The notes beneath the pieces are model-generated. The model did no database searches. It was given only the letters and a program-made list of their open reading frames with translations, and was not told where the DNA came from. A stretch of DNA of 63,836 nt, filler included, from Octopus bimaculoides (lineage: Eukaryota), in assembly GCF_001194135.2 (NCBI RefSeq). It is 7 parts of 5 records of this genome, joined end to end, with 100 filler letters (N's around TTAATTAATTAA, not from the genome) between each part and the next. Parts side by side here need not be neighbours in the genome. Positions count along the whole stretch, not along the records: positions 9,760 to 20,127 come from NC_068998.1; positions 20,228 to 30,024 come from NC_068999.1; 5 more parts are not named here. The stretch is one strand, 5' to 3'. The position numbers and the translations under genes were made by a program. Of this stretch, positions 12,057 to 24,488 are shown in pieces. Position 1 is the stretch's first letter, and each line of letters starts with the position of its first letter.

Positions 12057-12284
12057 TAGTGAAAGAGCAGTGCATGCCATCAAAATGATACTGGGGTTAA
12101 ATATACGAAGCCCNNNNNNNNNNNNNNNNNNNNNNNNNNNNNNNNNNNNNNNNNNNNNNNNNNNNNNNNNNNNNNNNNNNNNNNNNNNNNNNNNNNNNNN
12201 NNNNNNNNNNNNNNNNNNNNNNNNNNNNNNNNNNNNNNNNNNNNNNNNNNNNNNNNNNNNNNNNNNNNTACGTATATATATATA

Positions 12285-12323
<39 letters not shown>

Positions 12324-13138
12324 GCATACATACAACTAGATTAAATGAGTAGGTGTGTATGTGTGATATATCGCCAATACAGTGGAGAGGGGTGTCTTAT
12401 TGGTTACGGTGGAGGGAAAATTATATTTAGGGTAAGGCAAAATTGGGGGTAAGAATTGGCAAAACACACCGTGAATTAAGGGTGTGGCTACATCGAAAAT
12501 TTGGTTGGAATCAGTGGAAAAGTAGAACGAGGTAAAGGGTTAGGATGAAATTTGAGTAGATTATGAAGGGAAAGCATTAATAAGAAAAGGGTTTATGATG
12601 CTGGGATGGGTGTAAAGGTGATGGTACTTGCGTTCCCTTTTCTATTCGCGTATTAAGGCGGATGGATGGATGGGTGGACAGATGGAAAGATGGGTAGATG
12701 GGTGGATGGATGGATGGATGGATGGATAGATGGATGGATGGATGCATGGCTGTGGAAGGATGTGTGTACAGCACGCGCGCGCGCGCGTGCACGCTCGTAC
12801 TTCACAGAAAGATGTGATACGCTTGGCGGGAGACATATGCACGGATTTGATAGAAAGAGAGAAAGAGGGGGGAGTGAGAGAAGTACACAGAGAGACAGAG
12901 AGACATGCAAGTAGCTTGGTAGAAAGAGAGAGGGAGAGATGTAATAGACAGACAGACAGACAAAAGGAGACAGACAGACAGACAGACAGACAGCAGGCAG
13001 GCAGGTAGATAGACAGGCAGACAGCAGGCAGGCAGGTAGATAGACAAGCAGACAGACAGGTAGGTTGACAGAAAGGCTGGCAGATAGACAGACAAACAGA
13101 CTGGCCGACAGGCAGACAGACAGACAGGTAGGCAGACG

Positions 13139-13192
<54 letters not shown>

Positions 13193-13479
13193 AAAGGAGA
13201 GTTGTTGAAGTAGAAAGAAAAGAAAGAAGGAAAAAGTATGAAATGAAGAAAGAACGAACGAAAGAGAGACAGGGCGTCATTCAGAAATGAAGAAGGACGA
13301 AGGAAAGAAAAGGAAAGAAAGAAAATAAAGAGAAGAAAGAAAAGAAAGAAATGTAGAAATTTACATCGATTTCCTCTAAAGAGAAAACCAAGTCAAGAAA
13401 GACTCGGTGTTTGCGGTTGCTTGCCAGTCTAAGAGGTAGTCTTAGAGGGAGAATTAATATTTCGAGTGTCTAACAGCAG

Positions 13480-13700
13480 TCAATATCTTTAGTTAATCGA
13501 TAAAAAGGCGCGATGCGTGTTTATAATTAAAAGCAAGTAGACCGGCCGTGTCCAATCGCAAGCGGGTGGGCCGTTCGCTCTCCTGACATGAAAAAGAGTT
13601 TTTGTCCTACGGATAATGGCGTCGCTATAAATTTCAGCGCTCTGTGCGCAAAATTTAGATATATGGATTGCCGTCGGCCATGTTGGCACAATGTTTTATA
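13480..13700 (+). promoter_or_regulatory. CpG-rich non-repetitive block, possible promoter or enhancer
   Basis: About 20 CpG in ~220 bp in an AT-rich background, CCAAT at 13552, TATAAA at 13626, TAATTA homeodomain-type core at ~13525. Confidence 0.25.
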
Positions 13701-15460
13701 TCACGATGTTTAAACCAAGCAAATGAACAGTGTTGTATTAAAATCGCTTCCTTTAAGACTTTTACATTTAAACTCGCTGGCATGCGTACATATACATACG
13801 CATAGAGGCGTTCGAATACAAACGGGAACACACAAACATATAAACACATATAAGAACACAGACTAATGCGCTAATACACACACATACAGAGACACATACA
13901 CACAAATACACACACACATACGTATCAGTCATTTATCTTGCAGCCATCCCAGTGTTGCTGAGCAAGGAACCAGCGATGTGTGTATATATGTGTGTGTCTG
14001 TATGTGTGTGAGTGTGTGTGTGTGTCTGTGTGTGAGTGTGTGTCTGTGTGTGTGTGTGTGTGTGTGTGCGTGTGTGTGTGCATGTTGTATAGATATGTAG
14101 ATATGTATGTACGCATGTATATATGTACTACGTATTTCTGTATACGCGAATGTATTTTTATATAGCTGCGTGTACAAATTTATATATGAATGTATGTGTG
14201 TATGTATATGCATTTGTGCTTATATGTATGTGTCTATGTCTGTGTGTATCGATGCTTGTGCGTACGTGTGTATGTGTATGCATAGGTAACGGCGATGTGT
14301 GTGTACGTACATACATAACCATAATGTGTGTATGCACATTAATGTACGCACGCAAACGCATTCACATGTAGGAGTGTGCGCATTTCGAGTTGCAAGCATA
14401 TGCTTACGTGCAGGTAAATGTGTGTGTGTGTGTACATACATGCATGTTTGTGTGTGTGTATATATATATATATGTGTGTGTATATATATATTTATGTATA
14501 TATATATACATATACACGCATGCATACACGCATACATAAATACGTGCATACATGCTTACAGACAGGAAATTCAAAAATTCAATGTGACACATGCTCACAC
14601 ATACCTATGTATTTACACAAATACATAGAAATATATATATATATATATATATATATANNNNNNNNNNNNNNNNNNNNNNNNNNNNNNNNNNNNNNNNNNN
14701 NNNNNNNNNNNNNNNNNNNNNNNNNNNNNNNNNNNNNNNNNNNNNNNNNNNNNNNNNNNNNNNNNNNNNNNNNNNNNNNNNNNNNNNNNNNNNNNNNNNN
14801 NNNNNNNNNNNNNNNNNNNNNNNNNNNNNNNNNNNNNNNNNNNNNNNNNNNNNNNNNNNNNNNNNNNNNNNNNNNNNNNNNNNNNNNNNNNNNNNNNNNN
14901 NNNNNNNNNNNNNNNNNNNNNNNNNNNNNNNNNNNNNNNNNNNNNNNNNNNNNNNNNNNNNNNNNNNNNNNNNNNNNNNNNNNNNNNNNNNNNNNNNNNN
15001 NNNNNNNNNNNNNNNNNNNNNNNNNNNNNNNNNNNNNNNNNNNNNNNNNNNNNNNNNNNNNNNNNNNNNNNNNNNNNNNNNNNNNNNNNNNNNNNNNNNN
15101 NNNNNNNNNNNNNNNNNNNNNNNNNNNNNNNNNNNNNNNNNNNNNNNNTGGGAGTGGAAGTGAGAGGAAGAGTAAGTAGGTGGGCGTTGGTTGAGTAGGT
15201 GTAAAGGGCTGGAGGACTAGGGGGTGAGGGAAAGGGAATTGAGATGGAGAGGAGCCGGTGGTTTTAACAATTGTCTACGCGTATTGACCTCGGTGGTTAA
15301 AGTGATGTCCATTGCCATACCGTCACCACCATCACCACAACCACCACCACCACCAACAGCAACAACAACAACACGACCACCACCAACACTAACACCAACA
15401 CCATAGCCGACACCACCACCATCAACATTACTGACAACTCTACCACAACTACTACTATTT

Positions 15461-15495
<35 letters not shown>

Positions 15496-16090
15496 GCCAC
15501 CACTGCTAGTTCACTACCACTCTTGCCACTACTACCGATTCCTTCCTATCGCTTCACAACCAACTCCACCACACTGTTTCTCTCTACTTCGTCACAACGA
15601 ACACCACCACAACCACCACCACCACCACCACAACAACAACAACAGTCACCACATCTACCACTACCACCAAAACCACCATAACCACAATCAGTCTCACCAC
15701 CGCCATTACACATAGCTTCAGCAAATAGCACCAAATAAGTCTCCCCCCCCCACTTTCCATTGCACCCTACACCACCACCACCATAACCACTGCTGCCCCT
15801 TCGTCCACCCCTGTTCACCACTCTCAAATCGATTTCGATATTATTTTGGCAGCACCATTTTACGACGACTTAGTCTTCGCAAAAGCGTTGAAAATGGCTC
15901 GGACAACACCTGGTGATTAGTCACACGTTTGTTCGACACACACACACATACACACACACACACACACACACGCACACATTTATACATACATACATACATA
16001 CATACATACACACATACATACACACATACTTACATATATATATATATTCATATATGTATGCGTGTGTGTATATATATGTATGTATGCATG

Positions 16091-16124
<34 letters not shown>

Positions 16125-16131
16125 TGTATGT

Positions 16132-16149
<18 letters not shown>

Positions 16150-16165
<16 letters not shown>

Positions 16166-16290
16166 GTCGCAGACGTGGCTGTGTGGTAAGAAGTTTGTAT
16201 CCCCAATCACATGGTCCTGGGTTCAGTCTCACTGCATGACACCTTGGGAAAGTGTGTTTTACTATATCCCCGAGCCGACAAAAGCCCGTT
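16150..16290 (+). mobile_element. SINE family B, 5' part
   Basis: GACGTGGCTGTGTGGTAAG...GGGTTCAGTC.CACTG...CACCTTGGG.AAGTG; aligns to 23372-23525. Confidence 0.88.
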
Positions 16291-16464
16291 TATACACACA
16301 TATACGCATAGAACCATTTCATTCTTTTCAGAAATCTTCAGCATGATAAAACCGAGATAAATAAATTAAACTAAATAAAACATTTCACGAAGCGAGATAT
16401 TTCTGCCATGCCGCAAAATATGGTAATTCTGGATAGATGGGTCTGTATCTTTTATTTTTTACTT

Positions 16465-16830
16465 GTCTCAATCATTGGATTACGGCCATGCTGGGGCACC
16501 ATATTGAAGGGTTTTAATTGACCAAATTGAGCCCAGTATTTAGGTCTAAAACTCTACTTATTCTATCGGTCTTTTTTGCCGAACTGCTAAGATAAGAGGG
16601 CATGAACAAATCAACACCTGTTCTCAAGCAGTGAGTTAGACAAGCACAAATGCAAAACACTCACAAATATACACATGGTGGGCTTCCACACAGTTTCCGT
16701 CTTCCAAATTTACTGCCGAGGCATTGGATGACCCAGGGCCGCAGTACAAAACAGTTGGTGCCAAGGTGCTGAGCATTAGAACAGAACCCGAACCAGGTGG
16801 TTGCAGAACGAGCTTCTTAACTACACAGAC
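16465..16830 (-). mobile_element. SINE family B, near full-length, inverted relative to the 16150 copy
   Basis: Reverse complement aligns to both halves of 23372-23800 (GGCCATGCTGG, TTATTCTATCGGTCT, AGTTTCCGTCT.CCAAAT, GCCAAGGTGC). Confidence 0.8.
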
Positions 16831-17252
16831 CCATTCCTGGGTCTGTTCAATAAATGGAACAAAGTTTACCTTGAGATCCTGAAATTGCTGCAGGATTATT
16901 TAAATACATTTCCCGCAGACCAGCCAAGGAGTCGTGCTTGGGTTCACAAATCTTCGGCCACACGTATCTCCAGCATTCATTACTGAATAAATCTTCGTGT
17001 AATCATATTGATGAATGGCGCCAACCGCTAAATCAATTTGCAATTTCCGATATCAGGAAATTTAAATTAAGAGTCAAACAAGCAAACGCCTGTTGGCAGC
17101 ATAAAACCAAACTGTAACACGGATATTTTACAAATGCAGTATTTGCGTTCATACTTCAGACTCTCGACAATACTAAATTATGCTGCCCGTGGACATTATT
17201 TTTTTATTTCATTATGCAACGGCTATCTTTGTATCATTCTTAGCAACAGCTA

Positions 17253-17770
17253 TCTTTGTATCATACTTAATGCAGATACATCGCGAAAGGCAAATTAAAT
17301 ACGATAATTATCCGAAAATAATATCTTTTATGGACGCACTGTGTTTAAAAACAAAACTATATCAGTATCGGACAAAAATCGTCCGGCAACGACGGTGAGA
17401 ATGCTAATGCGCATTTCTCCTTCGCCGGGATTTCTGAATAGTATGTGTACCCACTACCAGCTGCTTTTGCAATGTATCTACATTAAGTATGATATATAGA
17501 TGCCTATTTTGATATAATAGTGCTTCTGTTGCATGTAACTTTTCAATCATTGCTTTCTTATATCAGCAGCGATGGATTTTTATTAGCATGCGCTTGGCTG
17601 TGGTTACATGCTCCTGACAAAGGCCAACGATGCAGAAATGTATATCAAGCATTTACCTCGCCGTTGCTGGACGATCTTCGCGTACTACTGATATACTCTT
17701 GTGTTTTTAAACACTGTGCGTCCATAAGAGATATTGTCTGTCGCATTAACTATGATATACAGATGACTAT
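17253..17770. repeat. Nested, diverged inverted repeats (old fold-back element)
   Basis: 17318-17425 aligns to the reverse complement of ~17622-17736. The motif TATCATACTTAATGCAGATACA at 17259-17280 recurs inverted at ~17473-17495 and, more weakly, at ~17742-17760. Confidence 0.75.
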
Positions 17771-18504
17771 TATTCATTATTTATCCCAAACCAATGCAAT
17801 TATTTCTACGAATATTCATGGTATGGTGGTATGGTCGTGGTGGTATGGTGGTGGTGGTGGTGGTAGACATTCTCATGCTTTCAATGGTTNNNNNNNNNNN
17901 NNNNNNNNNNNNNNNNNNNNNNNNNNNNNNNNNNNNNNNNNNNNNNNNNNNNNNNNNNNNNNNNNNNNNNNNNNNNNNNNNNNNNNNNNNNNNNNNNNNN
18001 NNNNNNNNNNNNNNNNNNNNNNNNNNNNNNNNNNNNNNNNNNNNNNNNNNNNNNNNNNNNNNNNNNNNNNNNNNNNNNNNNNNNNNNNNNNNNNNNNNNN
18101 NNNNNNNNNNNNNNNNNNNNNNNNNNNNNNNNNNNNNNNNNNNNNNNNNNNNNNNNNNNNNNNNNNNNNNNNNNNNNNNNNNNNNNNNNNNNNNNNNNNN
18201 NNNNNNNNNNNNNNNNNNNNNNNNNNNNNNNNNNNNNNNNNNNNNNNNNNNNNNNNNNNNNNNNNNNNNNNNNNNNNNNNNNNNNNNNNNNNNNNNNNNN
18301 NNNNNNNNNNNNNNNNNNNNNNNNNNNNNNNNNNNNNNNNNNNNNNNNNNNNNNNNNNNNNNNNNNNNNNNNNNNNNNNNNNNNNNNNNNNNNNNNNNNN
18401 NNNNNNNNNNNNNNGTGTGTGCATACATGCGTATGTGCTCTTGTATATTCATACATACATGTGTGTGTATATATGTATACATATGTCCGTGTGTGTATGT
18501 GCAC

Positions 18505-18554
<50 letters not shown>

Positions 18555-18980
18555 GCCATGTGTCCATGTGCGCATGTGTATGAGTTTGAGTACATAGATG
18601 TGTGCACTACTACCGTCAGTGTAATCAATTAGGTCTTGGCGTAATTATGGTGTTGGTCACGTGATCTTTTTATGAAAAATCACTGGCGACAAAATACCTT
18701 ATTTGTCTCTGTCCCAAAACCTGCCTCTCAGACTGTTTGCCTGTCTGACTGTCTGTGTGTCTCTACCCCCAACCTCAATCTCTCACTCTACCTGACAGTC
18801 TATCTGTCTAACGACTTGTCTGTGTGGCGATATGTTTGTCTCCCCCTTGTATTCCGTCCATTTGTCTCTCTGTCTGTTTGCCTGGACTATGTCTATATGT
18901 CTCCTAGTTTACCTATATGCATATATTTCTCTCTTTCGTGCCCTCTTTTTACCTATCTATTTATTTATCTAACTACCTGA

Positions 18981-19034
<54 letters not shown>

Positions 19035-19134
19035 GTCTGTCTGTCTGTCTGTCTGTCTGTCAATCTATCTATCTAGCTAGCTAGCTATCTTTCTACCTAT
19101 GTATGTACCTACCTACCTACCTATCTTTCTACCT

Positions 19135-19402
19135 GCTAGATGTAATAGCAGGCAAATCTTGAAATCACATCCCGCCGTCTTAAAAAAATATTAGGAATGT
19201 AGTCTTGTACATGGTATATCTGAATGGTGGAGGGATCAGTGAGCTAGAAATAGCTGTTAGACCGCCCTCAAATTATACCATAACGTGTCGCTACAGATAT
19301 ACATACAGGATGGTCAAGGCTAGAACGCCTATGGTCATAAGTCTGCAAATTCAGAGATGCTCTGAGCCTAAACAAAAATAACAACAACAACAACAACAAC
19401 AA
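19135..19402 (+). mobile_element. Short interspersed element with a (CAA)n tail
   Basis: Ends GCCTAAACAAAAATAACAACAACAAC. A diverged inverted relative lies at ~47385-47500, and a fragment of the head at ~31810-31860. Confidence 0.55.
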
Positions 19403-20072
19403 ACAGAGGTCATTCGCCTCCGTCGGTATGACTGCAATGATGCAAATTATTCATACATAATCAAATTAATGTGCGCATGCGCACTGATGCATGAACAAAT
19501 ATCAGCAGATATCCAGGGATACATGGGTGTGTGTATATATATATAATTGCACACTACAAATATACTGATAGTTATACATATACGCGCACGCGCATGTCTA
19601 CTCATATATAGCCACACCTGAACATGTACACGTTTCCGTGTGAACAACAGATGCATAAGCAACCATATCTATTTGCAGGCAACTATACATATATAATTAT
19701 ATAAGTATATATGTAAATATAAGCATATGTATATATACATTTATACACACTTTCATAGATTTGTATGATGTATTTACACATATATCAAATATGCGTATAT
19801 ATGTACATGCATATATGTGTAAATATACATGTACATATATATACATATATGTATATGCATGTCTTTATGTATATATGTATATTCATAAATTTTTACATAT
19901 GTACGCATATAAACTTACACACACATATCTATATATGTATGTATATATATATATTTATCTATATATATGTATTTATATATATGTATATATATATATCTAT
20001 GTGTGTATATATATAGTGTATATACATATATATTAATATATATGTGTGTGTGTGTGTGTCTATGTATATATG

Positions 20073-20127
<55 letters not shown>

Positions 20128-20744
20128 NNNNNNNNNNNNNNNNNNNNNNNNNNNNNNNNNNNNNNNNNNNNTTAATTAATTAANNNNNNNNNNNNNNNNN
20201 NNNNNNNNNNNNNNNNNNNNNNNNNNNTATATATATATATATATATTTCTATTAGGTGCTCAAGCGGAAATATACATAGCTACGTTTACATACATACAAA
20301 TGCCAACGTATAACAAGTAAACAACCAAATAAAAATTGAATAAAAAAAAAGCATTCAATAAAATCCGCACCAAAAATATAAATAAATAAAGCAAAAAAGG
20401 CAGACAAATTTGGTAGGCTTCGCTGGAGTTTCTTAACTAAGATATTGTCGCCACATTTTCTGACAGACCTAAGATATATTTGGAAGGAATAAGAAGTGGA
20501 TGTGATGATGGTGGAGTGGGAGGGGATGTAGTAAGATCGTCGAGAATTAAGATAGAAGGAATGGTAAATGTTCTGTGTTTCATGTCACACTTCCAGTTTC
20601 TTTTTTTTCTTCTTTTAGCGATTCAGGAGTTTTAGTACAACTCATCTCACCTCCAGGTACTTTAAACATCTTCAATACGCATCATGTTGCTCTGTTGACA
20701 ACAATATCGCGCTATTTCTTCTCATTGTTGTTATTATTATTATT

Positions 20745-21229
20745 GTTAAATCCGTCGCTCAGTATCCAGTATCGTGATGTTGTTGAAGATATTGTGTCTA
20801 TCGGAGGTTCGTACTGTTTGTCAAGTCCCAACAAGGACCTCAGAGTGACAGTACTTTACACAATATGCGTGCAGTTCCAAGGAATGCTGATTTTTGCAAT
20901 ACACCTAGATTGTAGCGCATTTCTAAATTTTCCAGATGTTTCTTCAGCTCGGGTGGAATTAAACCCAATGATCCGATAAAAACAGGGACAAACTTTGTGC
21001 TTGACTATCGTAGCTGCCACATCTTGGCAATCTCAGTTCTCAGAACTCCAAATTTATCAAATTTTTCTCTTTCTTTCATGATAATATATTGATCTCCTAA
21101 GATTGCCATGTCGATTATCAGGCACTCTTGTTTGTCCTTCCTAAAAGTTACTAAAGGTTGCTCTAATACCTTGCCTGCCTGGAAGTCAAAGTCCCAGAGG
21201 ATTTTTGCTTTCCCCTCTTCGTCCATTAA

Positions 21230-21230
<1 letters not shown>
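20745..21230 (-). mobile_element. 5'-truncated R4/Dong-like retrotransposon with complete 3' end, flanked by (AAT)n on both sides
   Basis: KILWDFDFQ...CLIIDMAI.GD..I..KEREKFDKF..LRTEIAKMW...FVPVFIGSLG...LQKSAFLGTARILCKVLSL* (stop at 20840-20842), then a ~95-nt 3' UTR. (ATT)n at 21231-21293 and at 20731-20744. Confidence 0.92.
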
Positions 21231-21293
<63 letters not shown>

Positions 21294-23371
21294 TTCTTAA
21301 AGTCGTCATATTAATATGGGTGACAAACCAATGTTAAAATACTAGTCAAATATAAGAAAAATTAGACACGGTAAAGTGGTGAGACGCACAGGTAAAGGGA
21401 AGGTATAAAAATGGATACTTAAATCCCTTCATCAGCTGATGACTGAAGTTCATAGCGGTTTCAACACGTATTAGTAACAGGATCGCGCATTTCAGATCGC
21501 TCCTAGTTTTATAGCAAATCCCACCAACCAACGAATTATGTTGCGGAGACAGAATATTACATACAAAGATTAGGTACATTTTCGAGAAATTACGCACAGC
21601 AGATATTTAACTCTGTTGCCTTATGATACTTACGCGCATAATCACACATAGACACAAACTCACACATAGAAACACAGGCTCTCTTGGAATTGGCGCTGGA
21701 CACACTCTAAATTGTAAAATTCATTTGTAATTTAAATGTAAGGTGCAAGAAAACATATCGATCTCGTTACGACTCAACTACTACACATTTTAGTTACTCC
21801 AAAGAGCTAAATTTGGTTTTGTTCTGCACATGTAGATTAAGTCTGGTTATATTGGAAGTTGAGTAACTAAAATATTGTTAGGTGGCGGAGAGTCCAATGA
21901 AGGCGAGCAAACCGAAACTTCGACGTCACATTCATATCTCTTGTTATAAAAGTATGATACATCGGTTTTATAACTCGGCATAAAAAGGAACGTGTGTGTG
22001 TGAGAACGTATGTATGTGTGTATGTGTGTGTGTTTTCCATAAGAACATGCACGTACACAGTTTCAGATACATTTCTATATCAGTGGAGACACAATTTATC
22101 TCATGTTTACATTGTGCAAATAATATCCATTTTTGCAAAGATTTTGCTAAGATTTTGCAATATATATATGNNNNNNNNNNNNNNNNNNNNNNNNNNNNNN
22201 NNNNNNNNNNNNNNNNNNNNNNNNNNNNNNNNNNNNNNNNNNNNNNNNNNNNNNNNNNNNNNNNNNNNNNNNNNNNNNNNNNNNNNNNNNNNNNNNNNNN
22301 NNNNNNNNNNNNNNNNNNNNNNNNNNNNNNNNNNNNNNNNNNNNNNNNNNNNNNNNNNNNNNNNNNNNNNNNNNNNNNNNNNNNNNNNNNNNNNNNNNNN
22401 NNNNNNNNNNNNNNNNNNNNNNNNNNNNNNNNNNNNNNNNNNNNNNNNNNNNNNNNNNNNNNNNNNNNNNNNNNNNNNNNNNNNNNNNNNNNNNNNNNNN
22501 NNNNNNNNNNNNNNNNNNNNNNNNNNNNNNNNNNNNNNNNNNNNNNNNNNNNNNNNNNNNNNNNNNNNNNNNNNNNNNNNNNNNNNNNNNNNNNNNNNNN
22601 NNNNNNNNNNNNNNNNNNNNNNNNNNNNNNNNNNNNNNNNNNNNNNNNNNNNNNNNNNNNNNNNNNNNNNNNNNNNNNNNNNNNNNNNNNNNNNNNNNNN
22701 NNNNNNNNNNNNNNNNNNNNNNNNNNNNNNNNNNNNNNNNNNNNNNNNNNNNNNNNNNNNNNNNNNNNNNNNNNNNNNNNNNNNNNNNNNNNNNNNNNNN
22801 NNNNNNNNNNNNNNNNNNNNNNNNNNNNNNNNNNNNNNNNNNNNNNNNNNNNNNNNNNNNNNNNNNNNNNNNNNNNNNNNNNNNNNNNNNNNNNNNNNNN
22901 NNNNNNNNNNNNNNNNNNNNNNNNNNNNNNNNNNNNNNNNNNNNNNNNNNNNNNNNNNNNNNNNNNNNNNNNNNNNNNNNNNNNNNNNNNNNNNNNNNNN
23001 NNNNNNNNNNNNNNNNNNNNNNNNNNNNNNNNNNNNNNNNNNNNNNNNNNNNNNNNNATATATATATATATATACATAAATATTTGTACACATACAAAGG
23101 TACACACACACAGAGAAACACGTATGTATATGTGGATGTGTGTGTGTAATTATTTTAAATTAAAACTGAGCTCGAAGGGTTTCATTAACTAAGAGCATAT
23201 ATGCACACTACACATGCTCACATCTGTATGCATCTACGGATATAACTACACGTATACATGCACACATAGCTGCACACTTAGAAACCTACACACATACACG
23301 CGCGCGCACACAAACACAAATATACACGTACACACACACACATATATATATATATAAGGCAAATCGAATAT

Positions 23372-23800
23372 GACGTGGCTGTGTAGTAAGTAGCTCGCTT
23401 ACCAACCACATGGTTCCGGGTTCAGTCCCACTGCGTGGCACCTTGGGCAAGTGTCTTCTACTATAGCCTCGGCCCGACCAAAGCCTTGTGAGTGGATTTG
23501 GTAGACGGAAACTGAAAGAATCCTGTCGTTATATATGTGTGTGTGTTTGTGTATATGTTTGTGTGTCTGTGTTTGTGTATATGTTTGTGTGTCTGTGTTT
23601 GTCTTCTCAACATCGCTTGACAACCGATGGGGGTGTGTTTACATCCCTGTAACTTAGCGGTTCGGCGAAAGAGACCGATAGAATAAGTACTAGGCTTACA
23701 AAGAATAAGTGCTGGCGTCGATTTGCTCGACTAAAGGCGGTGCTCCAGCATGGCCACAGTCAAAATGACTGAAACAAGTAAAAGGGTAAAAGAAAAAAAG
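23372..23800 (+). mobile_element. SINE family B, full-length bipartite copy with an internal (TG)n spacer
   Basis: tRNA-like head with A box (TGGCTGTGTAGTAAG) and B box (GGGTTCAGTCCC), internal microsatellite, and a 3' module GCGGTTCGGC.AAAGAGACCGATAGAATAAG...CCAGCATGGCC ending in GTAAAAG repeats. Other pieces at ~32590-32745 (+), 38827-38985 (-), 50450-50600 (-), 53930-54110 (-), 55440-55555 (-). Confidence 0.9.
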
Positions 23801-24417
23801 AGTAAACAATGTATTAGTTTCACGTAGAGTTATGGTGGAAAATGGAGTAGGTTTATAGCGTTTCCTTTATAACGTATAACCTGTTTCTTCTCCGGGTAAT
23901 TCCATTCTACTTTTTCTGACGAAGAGTCATCGTCGAAACGTTATACATCCACACATTTTCCAGCCTTTACTGAGCGTCAACCTACAACAGTCCATGTCTA
24001 CGTATTTTTGTGTTCTGTTGTGTTGTTATTTGGTTTCTCTATTTGACAATTATCGCACCCTCACGGATCTTCCACGTGCTTCCTACCAACGCTTTGGAGT
24101 ATCTAATTCTTGGATTTCCTTACACCGGATTACTCTACCGTTGGATTACGCTACCCTTTGAATCGCTTTGGAGTACGGCGCTTTACTGTGTAACACGATA
24201 TTCTGTAATAAAAGGTTTTTGATTTCACAAAATTTTCTCTCTAAGAAAGCGAAAAACCGCGAAAGATGAAGAAAATCTTTGAAATTTGCAACATAAAGGA
24301 GAGATAATTTTAAATTATTAACGTAGAAATTTCTCACACCAGTTGATCTTTGTTTAAATGGACATAGAGCTATGATAGTCGGAGTTTTCTTAATATCTCT
24401 GACAAAAAGCTTACTCG

Positions 24418-24488
<71 letters not shown>

